This document shows positions 15,489 to 24,930 of a stretch of DNA of 37,091 nucleotides, piece by piece (the stretch's first letter is position 1; every line of letters starts with the position of its first letter). A program made the position numbers and the translations under genes. The stretch spans positions 1 to 37,091 of the IMG/VR virus record IMGVR_UViG_3300025381_000043; one strand, given 5' to 3'. The stretch comes from a virus. Lineage: Duplodnaviria; Caudoviricetes. The notes under the pieces are model-generated. The model was not told where the DNA came from. It worked only from the letters and a program-made list of their open reading frames with translations, and searched no databases.

Positions 15489-16625
15489 TTAGATGGTGAT
15501 TGAGTACGGATTCATCGGTGACGTGTTAATTTCTACGCGCCATGATGTTGGAGTAATACTGTGATTAAAGCCTTCAACAACGCAATACAGCTCAAGGGTT
15601 CTGCCGTCAACCGTGGTTCGTTCAACGGTTACTTGGTCGCCGATCTCCAGGGCAAGAAAATCAGGATACAAAGCGCCCAGGGCAAATGCAGAGAACTGCA
15701 CGGATTGAACGAGGGGCTGGGGATTGTGATCCTTAAATGACAGATACTTAGCCAATTCGTCGGCGTCGCTGTCGTTGAGGATTGGAGCGTTAACGGTTAT
15801 GGTCTTGAGGCCGAACGCAGTAGTAGAAGGTAAATGGCGGAAACGTCGCTGTGTTGCACCGTCCCGCTGAATAATAGCTTCGTTGACGACTTGATACGTG
15901 CCAGGAGTTGTCTCCAGAACGTCGTATTCAATGGTGCCATCAGCGCGAGAGTCAGACAAGAGAAGACGTGTCGGACGGTTGAACTTGTCGGATAATGGCA
16001 AGAACGTAGCTGTACCATCGCGGCTGATATAGAAACGACCCGCCTCGCATGAGACCGCTTGTTCGATGAGCAATTGAAGGGTTGAAGCTTGAGTTGTTGC
16101 TTGCATCTGCACTGATCCGGTAAGGCTGCGAGAATCAACCCAGTTGGCGTAGTCAAGCATGCGACCTACGCGCGAAGCGGTTGTCTCGCCAGAGTGCCCT
16201 GCCGGAGACAATGCCTGGGCGTACATTTTGGACAAAAGGGCAATGCCGTCTGTAAAGGTCATGGTTGCCGTTGGTGAGAAACCCTGATCCACGAGGTTGG
16301 TCTCAAGGTATCCAACAAAAAGGTAGTACCCGACAGTCTGCCACGTGGCAATAATGCGCGTCTTCAGTCCCGCCTGTAGCTTATTAACGCCAGAGACAAC
16401 GTACGGAGAGCCCGAACCGGTGTACTCAGGATCATAGTAACCACTGAAATTATCAAGAACAATGGTGGCATGACCGGGGTCGTTTTTCTGATCCGCTCGG
16501 GTGCGTCCACGGGTAAGACTGAGTTCACGGAGATCGGCAATGTTAACCCGGACCCAAGAACCGTTGATATAGAACTCAACAGCAATGGTTGGACCTACGG
16601 TTGAACCATCAAGAAATGACGTCAT
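15489..16625 (-). CDS. Minor tail (hub/baseplate) protein
   Basis: Follows the tape measure gene. Contains RGR, LDN, EAGRFYISRDG..TF and LEIGDQV. Confidence 0.8.
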   Translation of the reverse strand: MTSFLDGSTVGPTIAVEFYINGSWVRVNIADLRELSLTRGRTRADQKNDPGHATIVLDNFSGYYDPEYTGSGSPYVVSGVNKLQAGLKTRIIATWQTVGYYLFVGYLETNLVDQGFSPTATMTFTDGIALLSKMYAQALSPAGHSGETTASRVGRMLDYANWVDSRSLTGSVQMQATTQASTLQLLIEQAVSCEAGRFYISRDGTATFLPLSDKFNRPTRLLLSDSRADGTIEYDVLETTPGTYQVVNEAIIQRDGATQRRFRHLPSTTAFGLKTITVNAPILNDSDADELAKYLSFKDHNPQPLVQSVQFSAFALGALYPDFLALEIGDQVTVERTTVDGRTLELYCVVEGFNHSITPTSWRVEINTSPMNPYSITI

Positions 16626-16626
16626 A

Positions 16627-18162
16627 TTACAGTCCTAAGGCGGAGATAGGTGCACCCTTGCGGCGCAGAAGCTGAGCCATCTCGTTGCGTACCTGGAGAA
16701 CCAGATCCTTCTGGGCAATAACTGAGCCCTGGACGTTGATTGTCACATTCATCCCCTGTCCCATCCCTGTTTTGCTCAAAGGTACAACTGCTTCAGGACC
16801 AGCTTCGCCAATTAAGGCAACAGTCGGCGTGCTTACCACTCCGCCTTCAGCAAGGTGAGGGATCTTCGGGATGTTAATTCCGAATTCAGCTCCACCAAGG
16901 AATGAAGGCAGCTTGATATGAATTTTATCTAACAGACCAATTGCGCCGTTGATGAGGTCAATAATGCCGTTGACTTCCATCTTGAAGCCGTCAACAATAA
17001 AACCAAACACCTTGGAAATAGCGTCACCAACAACTTTGACTATGTTCCACAGATCCTTGAACACGTTGATGACAATAATAATTGCATCTTTTACGGCGCC
17101 GACAGCAATAACAGTTGCTTTCCAGGCAGCCAGTAAAACAACGCCAAGAACGGGGGCCAAAACCGTAACAATAAAGTCTCCCAAAGCTTTCAGGATTGGA
17201 AATACTGCAGCAAAGACCTCTTTAATGTCTCCCCATATTTTGCCTAAATCTTTACCAAGACTACTGAAAATTCCCATAGAAGTTCCAGTTTTCTCAAAAT
17301 GCTGACCCATCTGAATAATCCAGCCAACAACTTCTTGAATAAACGGAACCAGCTTACCAACGACATTGCCAATAGCTTCAAACGCCGGGCGTAAAAGAGT
17401 AGTCAAAATTGGCACGATTTTTGCAAAGCCTGACGCTAACGCAGTCAGCGCTGGATAGAGATACTGACCAAGCTGAACCTGAAGACCAGACATGGCGGCG
17501 GTGAATTCACGGTGAGCCATGATATTTGCCTGAACAGCTTTGAGGTTATTTGCTGTGAGGACAAGGCCGTATTTCTGGGCTTCTTGCTCAAGTTCAAGCA
17601 AACCCTGGCGTCCCTTGTTGAGGAACGGAAGCATCTGAAGTCCGGATCGTCCGAACAGGTTGACAGCCTCGGCGGTCTTCTGCACGCCGTTAGGCATCTT
17701 GGAAAACTTGTCTGCGGTCTCGAGCAGAAGTTCGTTCATGCTCTTGATATGACCAGAGGAGTCGCGGGTGCTGATTCCAAGATCGGTAATTGGCTTCTTG
17801 TTTGCAAGAACTACCTGCGAGAACTTCTTCAGGGTCATCTGAGCCTGATCCGCGGATAGACCAGTCTCCTCGAAGGCAAAACGAAGCTTAGAAGCATCCT
17901 CAGCAGTTCCACCCGTGACGCGCTGGATCTGGAGAACCTGACCGCCGACCTCTTGGAAAGCGTTGATAGACTCTTTTGCGAAATTCTCAACCTGAGAAAC
18001 AGCGCTCGTGAGGATATTGCCCGAGAACACGCCTGCGGCAATGTTCTTAATCTTAGAAAACGCTCCGCCGGTATTCTCAGCCTCTTTACCGATCTTCTTT
18101 AGCGTTGCCGATGCGGATTTGTCATAACCGTAGACATTTACACCAAGATCTGTACTGGGCAT
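16627..18162 (-). CDS. Tape measure protein
   Basis: LFGRSG..MLPFLN.G, amphipathic repeats, and a C-terminal LAEGG..IGEAGPEAVVPL. Confidence 0.92.
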   Translation of the reverse strand: MPSTDLGVNVYGYDKSASATLKKIGKEAENTGGAFSKIKNIAAGVFSGNILTSAVSQVENFAKESINAFQEVGGQVLQIQRVTGGTAEDASKLRFAFEETGLSADQAQMTLKKFSQVVLANKKPITDLGISTRDSSGHIKSMNELLLETADKFSKMPNGVQKTAEAVNLFGRSGLQMLPFLNKGRQGLLELEQEAQKYGLVLTANNLKAVQANIMAHREFTAAMSGLQVQLGQYLYPALTALASGFAKIVPILTTLLRPAFEAIGNVVGKLVPFIQEVVGWIIQMGQHFEKTGTSMGIFSSLGKDLGKIWGDIKEVFAAVFPILKALGDFIVTVLAPVLGVVLLAAWKATVIAVGAVKDAIIIVINVFKDLWNIVKVVGDAISKVFGFIVDGFKMEVNGIIDLINGAIGLLDKIHIKLPSFLGGAEFGINIPKIPHLAEGGVVSTPTVALIGEAGPEAVVPLSKTGMGQGMNVTINVQGSVIAQKDLVLQVRNEMAQLLRRKGAPISALGL

Positions 18163-18170
18163 TATGTCTC

Positions 18171-18640
18171 CTAGTCTTCGCTGTTATTGGCTTTTGCCGC
18201 TGCTATTAAATCGTTGATAAGTGCCAGTTCTATGTCCCAGACATTAAACGGAGTAATTCCTGGGTAGAAATGACAGAGTAAAGCTATGTGCTTACGGATA
18301 TGACCTTGGGTACCGCCGCGGATCAGACCGCGACTGATTACTCTTTTGGGTCGGTAACTCCTGCGGTGATTTCGTCAATGGAGTACGTATTCAGAACGTC
18401 ATCTACCGAAACAATCTTGCCCGCACGGGTCATGCAGATCCAGGCAAGCGCGTAGAGCGCCTTCACCTTGGAATATGCTGGATTTGGATAGAGCTTTTCG
18501 CCCTCGGACAGGGTTGACAGAAGTGTCAAACCATCAAGGCCAAAAGCCTCTTCAATGGTAATAATCTCGCGACCTGTTGGGCCTTGAGTATTGTTCTCGC
18601 TCGGAAGATCGAACGATTCACCGCGGATAATGAGTGGCAT
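18171..18640 (-). CDS. Tail assembly chaperone, long form via -1 frameshift
   Basis: Slippery C CCA AAA at 18344-18350. The -1 frame is open to TAG at 18171 (RVISRGL...HFYPGITPFNVWDIEL...). Confidence 0.8.
18338..18640 (-). CDS. Tail assembly chaperone, short form
   Basis: Start MPLIIRG after AGGGG, ending DPKE*. It lies upstream of the tape measure gene. Confidence 0.8.
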   Translation of the reverse strand: MPLIIRGESFDLPSENNTQGPTGREIITIEEAFGLDGLTLLSTLSEGEKLYPNPAYSKVKALYALAWICMTRAGKIVSVDDVLNTYSIDEITAGVTDPKE

Positions 18641-18653
18641 AGTTTCCCCTGTT

Positions 18654-19211
18654 CTATTTGATAAGACCCGTTTCTGACATTGCGTCAAGAAACGATTTTG
18701 CTACTTCTTCCTGAATCTTTGGTCGATACGGCAACGCTGTGCGCAACATAAATGGGCGAGGTGACTGCTCTACCCAGCTGCCTTTATATGTTCCATTTGT
18801 GGCACCACGATCCGCAAAGACCGGGTGACGCCACGCCTTGCGGGACAATCCTTCCATATAGCGCGGAAGTTTCTTGTATTTACCGGTCTTGTTTGCGAAG
18901 GTGGTGCCAGAAATGTGGATACGAATACTGAAACCCCGTTTAGAATTCGTAGCGTTAACCTTTGTCTGAACTGCAGCAGCAATGCCAGAGCGGAACCCCA
19001 GCTCTTCTTCTCCGCGCTGCGCCTTAACTGCTGGTGATCCCGATTTTGACGGGATATTTAATGCTGCCTGCTTAACATCATTAGCAATGGGTTTGGCAAT
19101 GGCGGTCAAACGCCGGCGCAGTTGTTTCTGTGCACTGACGTCAATCGTCTTCACGGCCTTGTAGAACTTCACAAGATCGGGAGAGTCGATATTGACCTCC
19201 ATTGCCGCCAT
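18654..19211 (-). CDS. HK97 gp10-like tail completion protein
   Basis: Basic protein with RHPVF...WVEQSPRPFM. Confidence 0.7.
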   Translation of the reverse strand: MAAMEVNIDSPDLVKFYKAVKTIDVSAQKQLRRRLTAIAKPIANDVKQAALNIPSKSGSPAVKAQRGEEELGFRSGIAAAVQTKVNATNSKRGFSIRIHISGTTFANKTGKYKKLPRYMEGLSRKAWRHPVFADRGATNGTYKGSWVEQSPRPFMLRTALPYRPKIQEEVAKSFLDAMSETGLIK

Positions 19212-19212
19212 A

Positions 19213-20190
19213 CTAGAGGGAGCTGTCGCTTGTCTGGTAGATGATGGTCAGAGGTTGGTCTGATCCGTTGTCGTACGCAGTGAAGGTCATCGCGACGTCA
19301 ATAACGCCTGGACCTGGAACCTTTGGCGTGTCAGCATCAAACTTCACAGCAGAAACTGTGATGCTGAGGCTTTGCTTGTAGGTACTAGCAATTGTTGCGC
19401 CGGTGAAGGTGAGGTTCAATGCAGCTGAAGCATCGGTGAGATACTTATTCAGCAATGTCAGATCCGTAAATTCAGCGGTAAGCTTACCGGTGATCTTGCG
19501 GAAACCGTTGACAATTTGCTCAGCCTTAGCACCAGAAGCACCGAGGTTGTAACGGTCATTCTTGATGACGTTATCTACGCTAAGAGTGAAGTCCTTAACG
19601 TTAGCAACTGACGTTCCGTCAACGGTGATTGCACCTTGTGCGAAGTGGAAGATAGATCCGTTGAGAGGATATGACGCGGTAGCCAAAGCGGTCGAGGTTG
19701 AGAAACCGGCGCCGTCAACGCTGAACTTACCGGTAGCAAGTCCGCCAGCGGTAACTTCGAGCTCCCATGAGGAGATCTTTGCACCGGTGATGGTCTTAGG
19801 TACTACAGTTCCTGTGTACTCTGGAACGCCAACCTGAACAGTTGCTGAGCGACCGTAGATGTCACCAAGGGTAAATGTGTAGCTATAAACACCGGTTGAC
19901 ACTGTTGTTGGTGAAGGAGCAGTTCCTGTAGCCAAAGCCAAAAGCTGACCAAGACCGTTGGTAGGAAGATCGAGCATAATTTCGCCGGTTGCATCGAATG
20001 TTGTAACAACACGACGCTGTGAGCGTGGAAGCAAGCCACCAGCACGAAGACCTAGACCTTCGACTGTTTTCTTGTTGTAGTTGATGCCTTCTGACGTGAA
20101 CTCGTAGAAACGAGACACGGTGACGGCGGTGTTAAAAGTCGTCTCGAATGCGATTCCCAGTTGGGAACCAATTCCGGCGCCGATTGCCAT
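19213..20190 (-). CDS. Major tail tube protein
   Basis: GIA.ETTF.T N-terminus and a beta-rich tube fold. Position in the tail module fits. Confidence 0.88.
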   Translation of the reverse strand: MAIGAGIGSQLGIAFETTFNTAVTVSRFYEFTSEGINYNKKTVEGLGLRAGGLLPRSQRRVVTTFDATGEIMLDLPTNGLGQLLALATGTAPSPTTVSTGVYSYTFTLGDIYGRSATVQVGVPEYTGTVVPKTITGAKISSWELEVTAGGLATGKFSVDGAGFSTSTALATASYPLNGSIFHFAQGAITVDGTSVANVKDFTLSVDNVIKNDRYNLGASGAKAEQIVNGFRKITGKLTAEFTDLTLLNKYLTDASAALNLTFTGATIASTYKQSLSITVSAVKFDADTPKVPGPGVIDVAMTFTAYDNGSDQPLTIIYQTSDSSL

Positions 20191-20198
20191 GTTATCTC

Positions 20199-20429
20199 CT
20201 AGTTAGCTGGAGCAGCAGGTGCTGCTGGGGTTTCAGGGGTTGGGGTTGATGCTGGTGTTACTGCTGATGCTGCCGCTTGATCCGCTGGAGCCCAGTTCGA
20301 TGTTTGCTCCAACAAGGAAGCTGCAACTGCTGCATCTGCAACATCGAAAGTTGTATTTGCCGGGACGGACAGACCCAAGGAGGGAATGTACAAGTCGCCC
20401 AGAGGTGAGATGTTCTTGATTTTTGCCAT
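20199..20429 (-). CDS. Hypothetical virion protein
   Basis: RBS AAGGAG and an Ala/Pro-rich tail. Confidence 0.65.
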   Translation of the reverse strand: MAKIKNISPLGDLYIPSLGLSVPANTTFDVADAAVAASLLEQTSNWAPADQAAASAVTPASTPTPETPAAPAAPAN

Positions 20430-20438
20430 GATTTCTCC

Positions 20439-20903
20439 TTAGATTCGTGCTCGGTAAAGAATAGTGAAGTCGATTACTACCGCTGATCCGGCGTTGGTCT
20501 GCATCTGGCGAATTCTGTGGCTGTCAAGGCCCGAGTACAGAACAGCGCCGCTGAAACTAGGATCAGAACGGATGATGGTGTCCACTGCAGACAAGAGGGT
20601 CTGGGCATTTGCCCGATTTGTGCTCATGTTGGTATCACCGCTCTGGGCTACCAGCATGCAATTCAGGGTACCGTCTTCGAACATCTTGTAGTTACCGACG
20701 AGTTCCCAGTTGTTCTTCGACTCTGAGGCGATAACGTCGCCGGTCTCATTTCCATCATGTCCGACCGCAATATAGCTGCCAGGATATGAGTCAATGTTAA
20801 TGTCAGGGCCGTCGTAAATCTGAATGCCCGCTAGAAGCGATGAGGACTTGAAAGCCGCCAGCACGTTGGTGATGAGGTTTTCAATTGCCGAAACTGTTGC
20901 CAC
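20439..20903 (-). CDS. Putative tail terminator
   Basis: IYDGP and IIRSDPSFSG motifs. Position fits. Confidence 0.65.
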   Translation of the reverse strand: MATVSAIENLITNVLAAFKSSSLLAGIQIYDGPDINIDSYPGSYIAVGHDGNETGDVIASESKNNWELVGNYKMFEDGTLNCMLVAQSGDTNMSTNRANAQTLLSAVDTIIRSDPSFSGAVLYSGLDSHRIRQMQTNAGSAVVIDFTILYRARI

Positions 20904-21751
20904 TAGAGGATACCTGGCAGGCTAATAGGATCAAGAAGTTCCATGACACGGCGTGGCATAGAGAAGGTTGACGCTGAGTAGAAGTCATCGCCGTTCTGGT
21001 TGCGGCTAATAACGTTCATAGATCCGCGCTGGGTCTGCCAGAGGTGACGAACAAGTTCCAGGACGCCTTGCTTGGCTTGAGGATGAGGATTGACATAACC
21101 AGCGACATAGGACACGGTGATATTGCGTGCGCCGGGTGCCCAGATACCGAAGAAGTTGGGCTCGTTGAGCGAACCGGAGGTTACGCGATCCAAGCGCTGA
21201 CCCGTGTAGTCCAGGGCGTAATCTGTTGATCCTAAAGTGATGCCGTTCTCGACTACGCTGAGAATCGTGATAGCACGTGGGTGAAGAAGGCGGAGAGTCT
21301 GCTGGTTGCCGTCGTAGACTTCATTAGTGAAGGTCTGGCGGCCAAGGATTGTTCCGGTGTAGTTCTGCGCCATTTCAGTCGCAGCATCCAAGAACCGATA
21401 CAGCTCAAGGTCGTTTGTGGTAACGCTTTGAGAAATGTTGAGATGATCCTTGACTTCGTCCATTGACACAATAGACAGAGAATTAGAATCGCGGACGGTA
21501 AATTCATCAGCATAAGAGCTAGCATTGGTTCCGGTAGCAACCCAGAAAACAATGTGCCGTCCTGCTTGTGTAGGGACGTAGGTTGAGTCGTATAGACCAG
21601 TCGCGGAGTTGGTAACGCTGGGAGTTACCGTAGATCCGTCCGGAAGGGTAATAGTCAAAGTGACTGAGGTCGCGTTAGCGTTAGCTCCGTTGGCATCGGT
21701 GATTGTTACGCCGATGGGTACTTGGCTTCCAAGGAAATAGGTCGTCGCCAT
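20903..21751 (-). CDS. Head-tail adaptor (gp6/gp15-like) with an N-terminal Ig-like domain
   Basis: VSMDEVKDHLNI...AA.E.A..YTG and VSYVAGY. The N-terminal domain has VTLTITLPDG..GLY. Confidence 0.8.
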   Translation of the reverse strand: MATTYFLGSQVPIGVTITDANGANANATSVTLTITLPDGSTVTPSVTNSATGLYDSTYVPTQAGRHIVFWVATGTNASSYADEFTVRDSNSLSIVSMDEVKDHLNISQSVTTNDLELYRFLDAATEMAQNYTGTILGRQTFTNEVYDGNQQTLRLLHPRAITILSVVENGITLGSTDYALDYTGQRLDRVTSGSLNEPNFFGIWAPGARNITVSYVAGYVNPHPQAKQGVLELVRHLWQTQRGSMNVISRNQNGDDFYSASTFSMPRRVMELLDPISLPGIL

Positions 21752-21752
21752 G

Positions 21753-21956
21753 TTATCTGCCCTTCATTTGTGGAGCGGAACTAACATGTTGCGCCATGTT
21801 GCCGCGGAAAGAGGTGTAGTTATAGCTGAACGCATGCTGATTATAGCTTACGCCAGCCTGATTGTAAGAATAGTGAGAAACATTGCTAGCAGTAGAAACA
21901 CGCGACAGCATACTTGGCGCTTTGGCCTGATGCGGTTGCATCGTGCTAGTCGTCAT
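21753..21956 (-). CDS. Hypothetical protein
   Basis: Fills the gap. RBS AAGGAG and YN repeats. Confidence 0.55.
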   Translation of the reverse strand: MTTSTMQPHQAKAPSMLSRVSTASNVSHYSYNQAGVSYNQHAFSYNYTSFRGNMAQHVSSAPQMKGR

Positions 21957-23004
21957 TCAGTGCTCCTTCGTAATGCGTGAGATTTTCTATGAGGCGAGAA
22001 TCACTGGGCGCAAGATTGGCGGCGAGTTTGCCGTGATGTAGCGCTTCAGCGTATTTCCCACTGTAAAAGTATGCAACCGCCAGGAGATCGTGGGGTAACC
22101 ATGACCATGCGTCAGGTTCGCAGAGATACTCGAGGGGTTGTTCTGTGATGTCCAGGGCAGACTCGGCAAAAGCAATGGACATCGTCCACTTCTTGATCCG
22201 CTGGTAATGCTCAGCTAAATCCAGGCGTGCTTCCCGTGATCCTGGAGACTCAGCCACCGCCTTGAGTAACCATGACTCTCGATTCTGCGGCTCAAGCTTT
22301 GCCAAGTAACGCATAGAAGCAGCTCTCTCTGGTGCCCAGACGGCTCTAGGGAGCGCAAGATGTCGCTTGAATTGCTCTGCGGCCTCATCATTCATCTGGT
22401 GAAAGAAAAGCTCACGAGCATAATAGAAACAGTTGCGGTCGTCGTCCGGATCCTCGTCGATAGCTAGCTTGAGGAGCGGAAAGTACTGACCGCGAGATTT
22501 TGTGTTGTCTGGATGGTGGTGAATCTCGACATTTGTCCAAGAGATTATCTCAGTGATTCCCCGAGGAGTCAGGGTTTCATGAACCGGGTGTTTCCAGAAA
22601 TAGCCCAGGCGAGAATGAATCTTATCACCGCCGTAGACCAGACCTTCAAATCCATCGTCCTTCCAGGACCAGACGTATTTATACCGGGGACGGGTGACTT
22701 CAGGATCAAGGTTGTCCAGGGTCTGTCTCCAGCCGGGAATAAGGACTTCGTCCATATCCAGAGCAATACAGAGATCGAAATCCTCTGGGACAACGTCCAG
22801 GGACTGATTTCGAGCCGTATCGAACCGCCAGGGTGAGACCTTGGTCTCGTAGACCTGAATGCCTAAGGATCTGGCGAGCTCAACCGTGTTATCGGTCGAT
22901 CCAGTATCCATTATGACCAGCAGGTCAGCCTCTTTCGCCGACTCGTACCATGTCCTGACGAATTGCTCCTCGTTCAGGGCAATGGTGTAGACCGCAATCT
23001 TCAA
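21946..23004 (-). CDS. Family 2 glycosyltransferase with C-terminal TPR repeats
   Basis: IALNEE, DTGSTD, F..ARN, LDMDE and VHE, then TPR-like helices. TTG start after AGGGGG. Confidence 0.92.
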   Translation of the reverse strand: MKIAVYTIALNEEQFVRTWYESAKEADLLVIMDTGSTDNTVELARSLGIQVYETKVSPWRFDTARNQSLDVVPEDFDLCIALDMDEVLIPGWRQTLDNLDPEVTRPRYKYVWSWKDDGFEGLVYGGDKIHSRLGYFWKHPVHETLTPRGITEIISWTNVEIHHHPDNTKSRGQYFPLLKLAIDEDPDDDRNCFYYARELFFHQMNDEAAEQFKRHLALPRAVWAPERAASMRYLAKLEPQNRESWLLKAVAESPGSREARLDLAEHYQRIKKWTMSIAFAESALDITEQPLEYLCEPDAWSWLPHDLLAVAYFYSGKYAEALHHGKLAANLAPSDSRLIENLTHYEGALNDD

Positions 23005-23024
23005 TGTTAGCCCCCTGATATTTA

Positions 23025-23252
23025 TTAGCTAAAAAGTGCTGCGATTTGCTCGCCGGTAAGACCCAGTGACTGGAGCTTAGCCTGAGCGGCCAATTTAGCG
23101 TCAGCTTTGGCCTGATCCGCTGCGGCTCTAGCCTCGGCGTCAGCCTGAGCTTGAGCTGCCTGCTGATCTCTTTCGGCAATTTCTGCTGCTGTCAGCGGGA
23201 TCTCTGTGACCTCACCTGTAGCGCAGTTGACTTCAATTCGTGTGTCAGCCAT
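23025..23252 (-). CDS. Hypothetical protein (fibre-associated)
   Basis: N..TGE....LT..EI, then a coiled coil and KL..LGLT. Confidence 0.7.
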   Translation of the reverse strand: MADTRIEVNCATGEVTEIPLTAAEIAERDQQAAQAQADAEARAAADQAKADAKLAAQAKLQSLGLTGEQIAALFS

Positions 23253-23559
23253 TTGTTACTTCTTTCCATGAGGTAGTTGGTTCATCCCAAGAATACATTT
23301 TGCCATCGGCAGGATAAGCGACAGGCGCTTGCCATTGGTACTTATCGTCTAGCTTCCATGATCCGAAAGGCTGAGGGGCGTAAAAGACATCGTGGGTTGG
23401 ATCGTATGAATACCCGATTCCCGCATAGTTAGCCCGAATCGAACCATCCATCGCAGTCTCTACCCACTTGCCGCCGAGAGAATCTACAAACGATTGTCCA
23501 GCGACTATTACCTGTGTGACGATGTTGTTGTCGTCAACTTGTGCAAAGTATTGTGTCAT
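23245..23559 (-). CDS. Hypothetical protein (fibre assembly-like)
   Basis: FAQ.D.NNIV.QVIV, NYAGIGY.YD...D.F..PQP, WQAP..YP and WDE. Confidence 0.75.
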   Translation of the reverse strand: MTQYFAQVDDNNIVTQVIVAGQSFVDSLGGKWVETAMDGSIRANYAGIGYSYDPTHDVFYAPQPFGSWKLDDKYQWQAPVAYPADGKMYSWDEPTTSWKEVTNG

Positions 23560-23568
23560 TCCTTCTCC

Positions 23569-24921
23569 TTAGTACGCATATCGAACAATAACTAGACCAG
23601 AACCGCCGTTGCCGCCATTTTGAGTGTCTGACCCACCACCGCCACCAGAGCCTGTATTGGCAACACCGTTGGCACCTGCATTTCCCGGATACGCTCCGCC
23701 CGCACCGCCGCCGCCTGCGCCACCAGCACCAGCGCCGCTTCCTAAGTATTGAGCGCCGCCACCGCCGCCAGCGATATAACCGCTAACACCAAGTCCTGTT
23801 GCAGAAAGCCACGATGACCAAGTGTTTAAACCAGCACCGCCTGCACCGCCAACGCCAGCAGAACCATTCATTGCAGCGCCTGCTCCACCAGCACCGCCAC
23901 CACCACCGCCACCGTAAGCCGTTGGGCCTTCTGCTCCTGCGCCACCAGCATTTCCGTAACCAGTCGCGCCGCCTGATGTTCCTTGTGTTGCTGCTGCCGT
24001 GCTTCCTGTTCGGCTTGCACCGCCAGATGAACCACCAGCAACTGCGTTTCGGCTACTTTCACCTCCGCCGCCACCGCCACCATTTGCCGTAATGCCAAAA
24101 AATGTTGAATTTGTTCCTACTGCACCTGGGCTGCCATAAGAACCACCAGCGCCAACTACTGCGTTATAACTTGTGGCAGTCATTAAAGCAGGTGTTAAAT
24201 AAGCAACTCCTCCCGCACCGCCGCCGCCGCCTTTATTAGTTCCTCCGCCACCACCACCAGCAACGACTAGCACATCACACGATAGCGCCGTCTGTGGGGT
24301 GAATGATCCAGAGGACAAGAAGGCGTGGTACCAGTAAGTGCCGTCTGTCTGGATAATGTCTCCACCGATAGCCTTCGGAGCTTTAGTAGGAGTAGTGCCT
24401 ACTGCGGCTAGAGCATAGAGAGAGAAGGTGCAATACTGAACAAACGAACCGCCGTCAGGATAAATCTTGATGGAGGTAATAGCGCCAGTATTAGACCATA
24501 AGCTAGCACCAAGCCATAAGCCCGATGCGGTAGCGTTATTTTCTGCAACGCCATCGTTAGACATAGATTTGTAATTGCTTGATGTGTAGTTAGGAATATA
24601 AGACTCAACATTGCTAAACGAGTTACTGGTTGTTGCGCCGCCGTTGATGCGAGTCTCATAGGTAAATGTTCCAGAGTTGCTAAATGAAAGAGCCGAGCCG
24701 CCGCTAACATAAAGGGTTTTATCTGAATACCCAGAAGTGCTTATGCCGCCAGATGTACCAAATTGAATACAGGCTTGGTCAGTAATGTTTGAGCTATTGG
24801 TGCGAGCTGACATAACCAACTTCAAATCCGTATAACCAGTCTGAGGTATGTTGTTGAAGGTGACGCTAGATGCGCCAGCAGCTCCTACGGTGATTCGTTC
24901 TAAAAGAATATAATTAGCCAT
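23569..24921 (-). CDS. Glycine-rich virion/fibre protein
   Basis: N-terminal IPQ.YTDL beta domain, then VLVVAGGGGGG...NTGSGGGG...GSGLVIVRY. Confidence 0.8.
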   Translation of the reverse strand: MANYILLERITVGAAGASSVTFNNIPQTGYTDLKLVMSARTNSSNITDQACIQFGTSGGISTSGYSDKTLYVSGGSALSFSNSGTFTYETRINGGATTSNSFSNVESYIPNYTSSNYKSMSNDGVAENNATASGLWLGASLWSNTGAITSIKIYPDGGSFVQYCTFSLYALAAVGTTPTKAPKAIGGDIIQTDGTYWYHAFLSSGSFTPQTALSCDVLVVAGGGGGGTNKGGGGGAGGVAYLTPALMTATSYNAVVGAGGSYGSPGAVGTNSTFFGITANGGGGGGGESSRNAVAGGSSGGASRTGSTAAATQGTSGGATGYGNAGGAGAEGPTAYGGGGGGGAGGAGAAMNGSAGVGGAGGAGLNTWSSWLSATGLGVSGYIAGGGGGAQYLGSGAGAGGAGGGGAGGAYPGNAGANGVANTGSGGGGGSDTQNGGNGGSGLVIVRYAY

Positions 24922-24930
24922 TGTCGCCTC

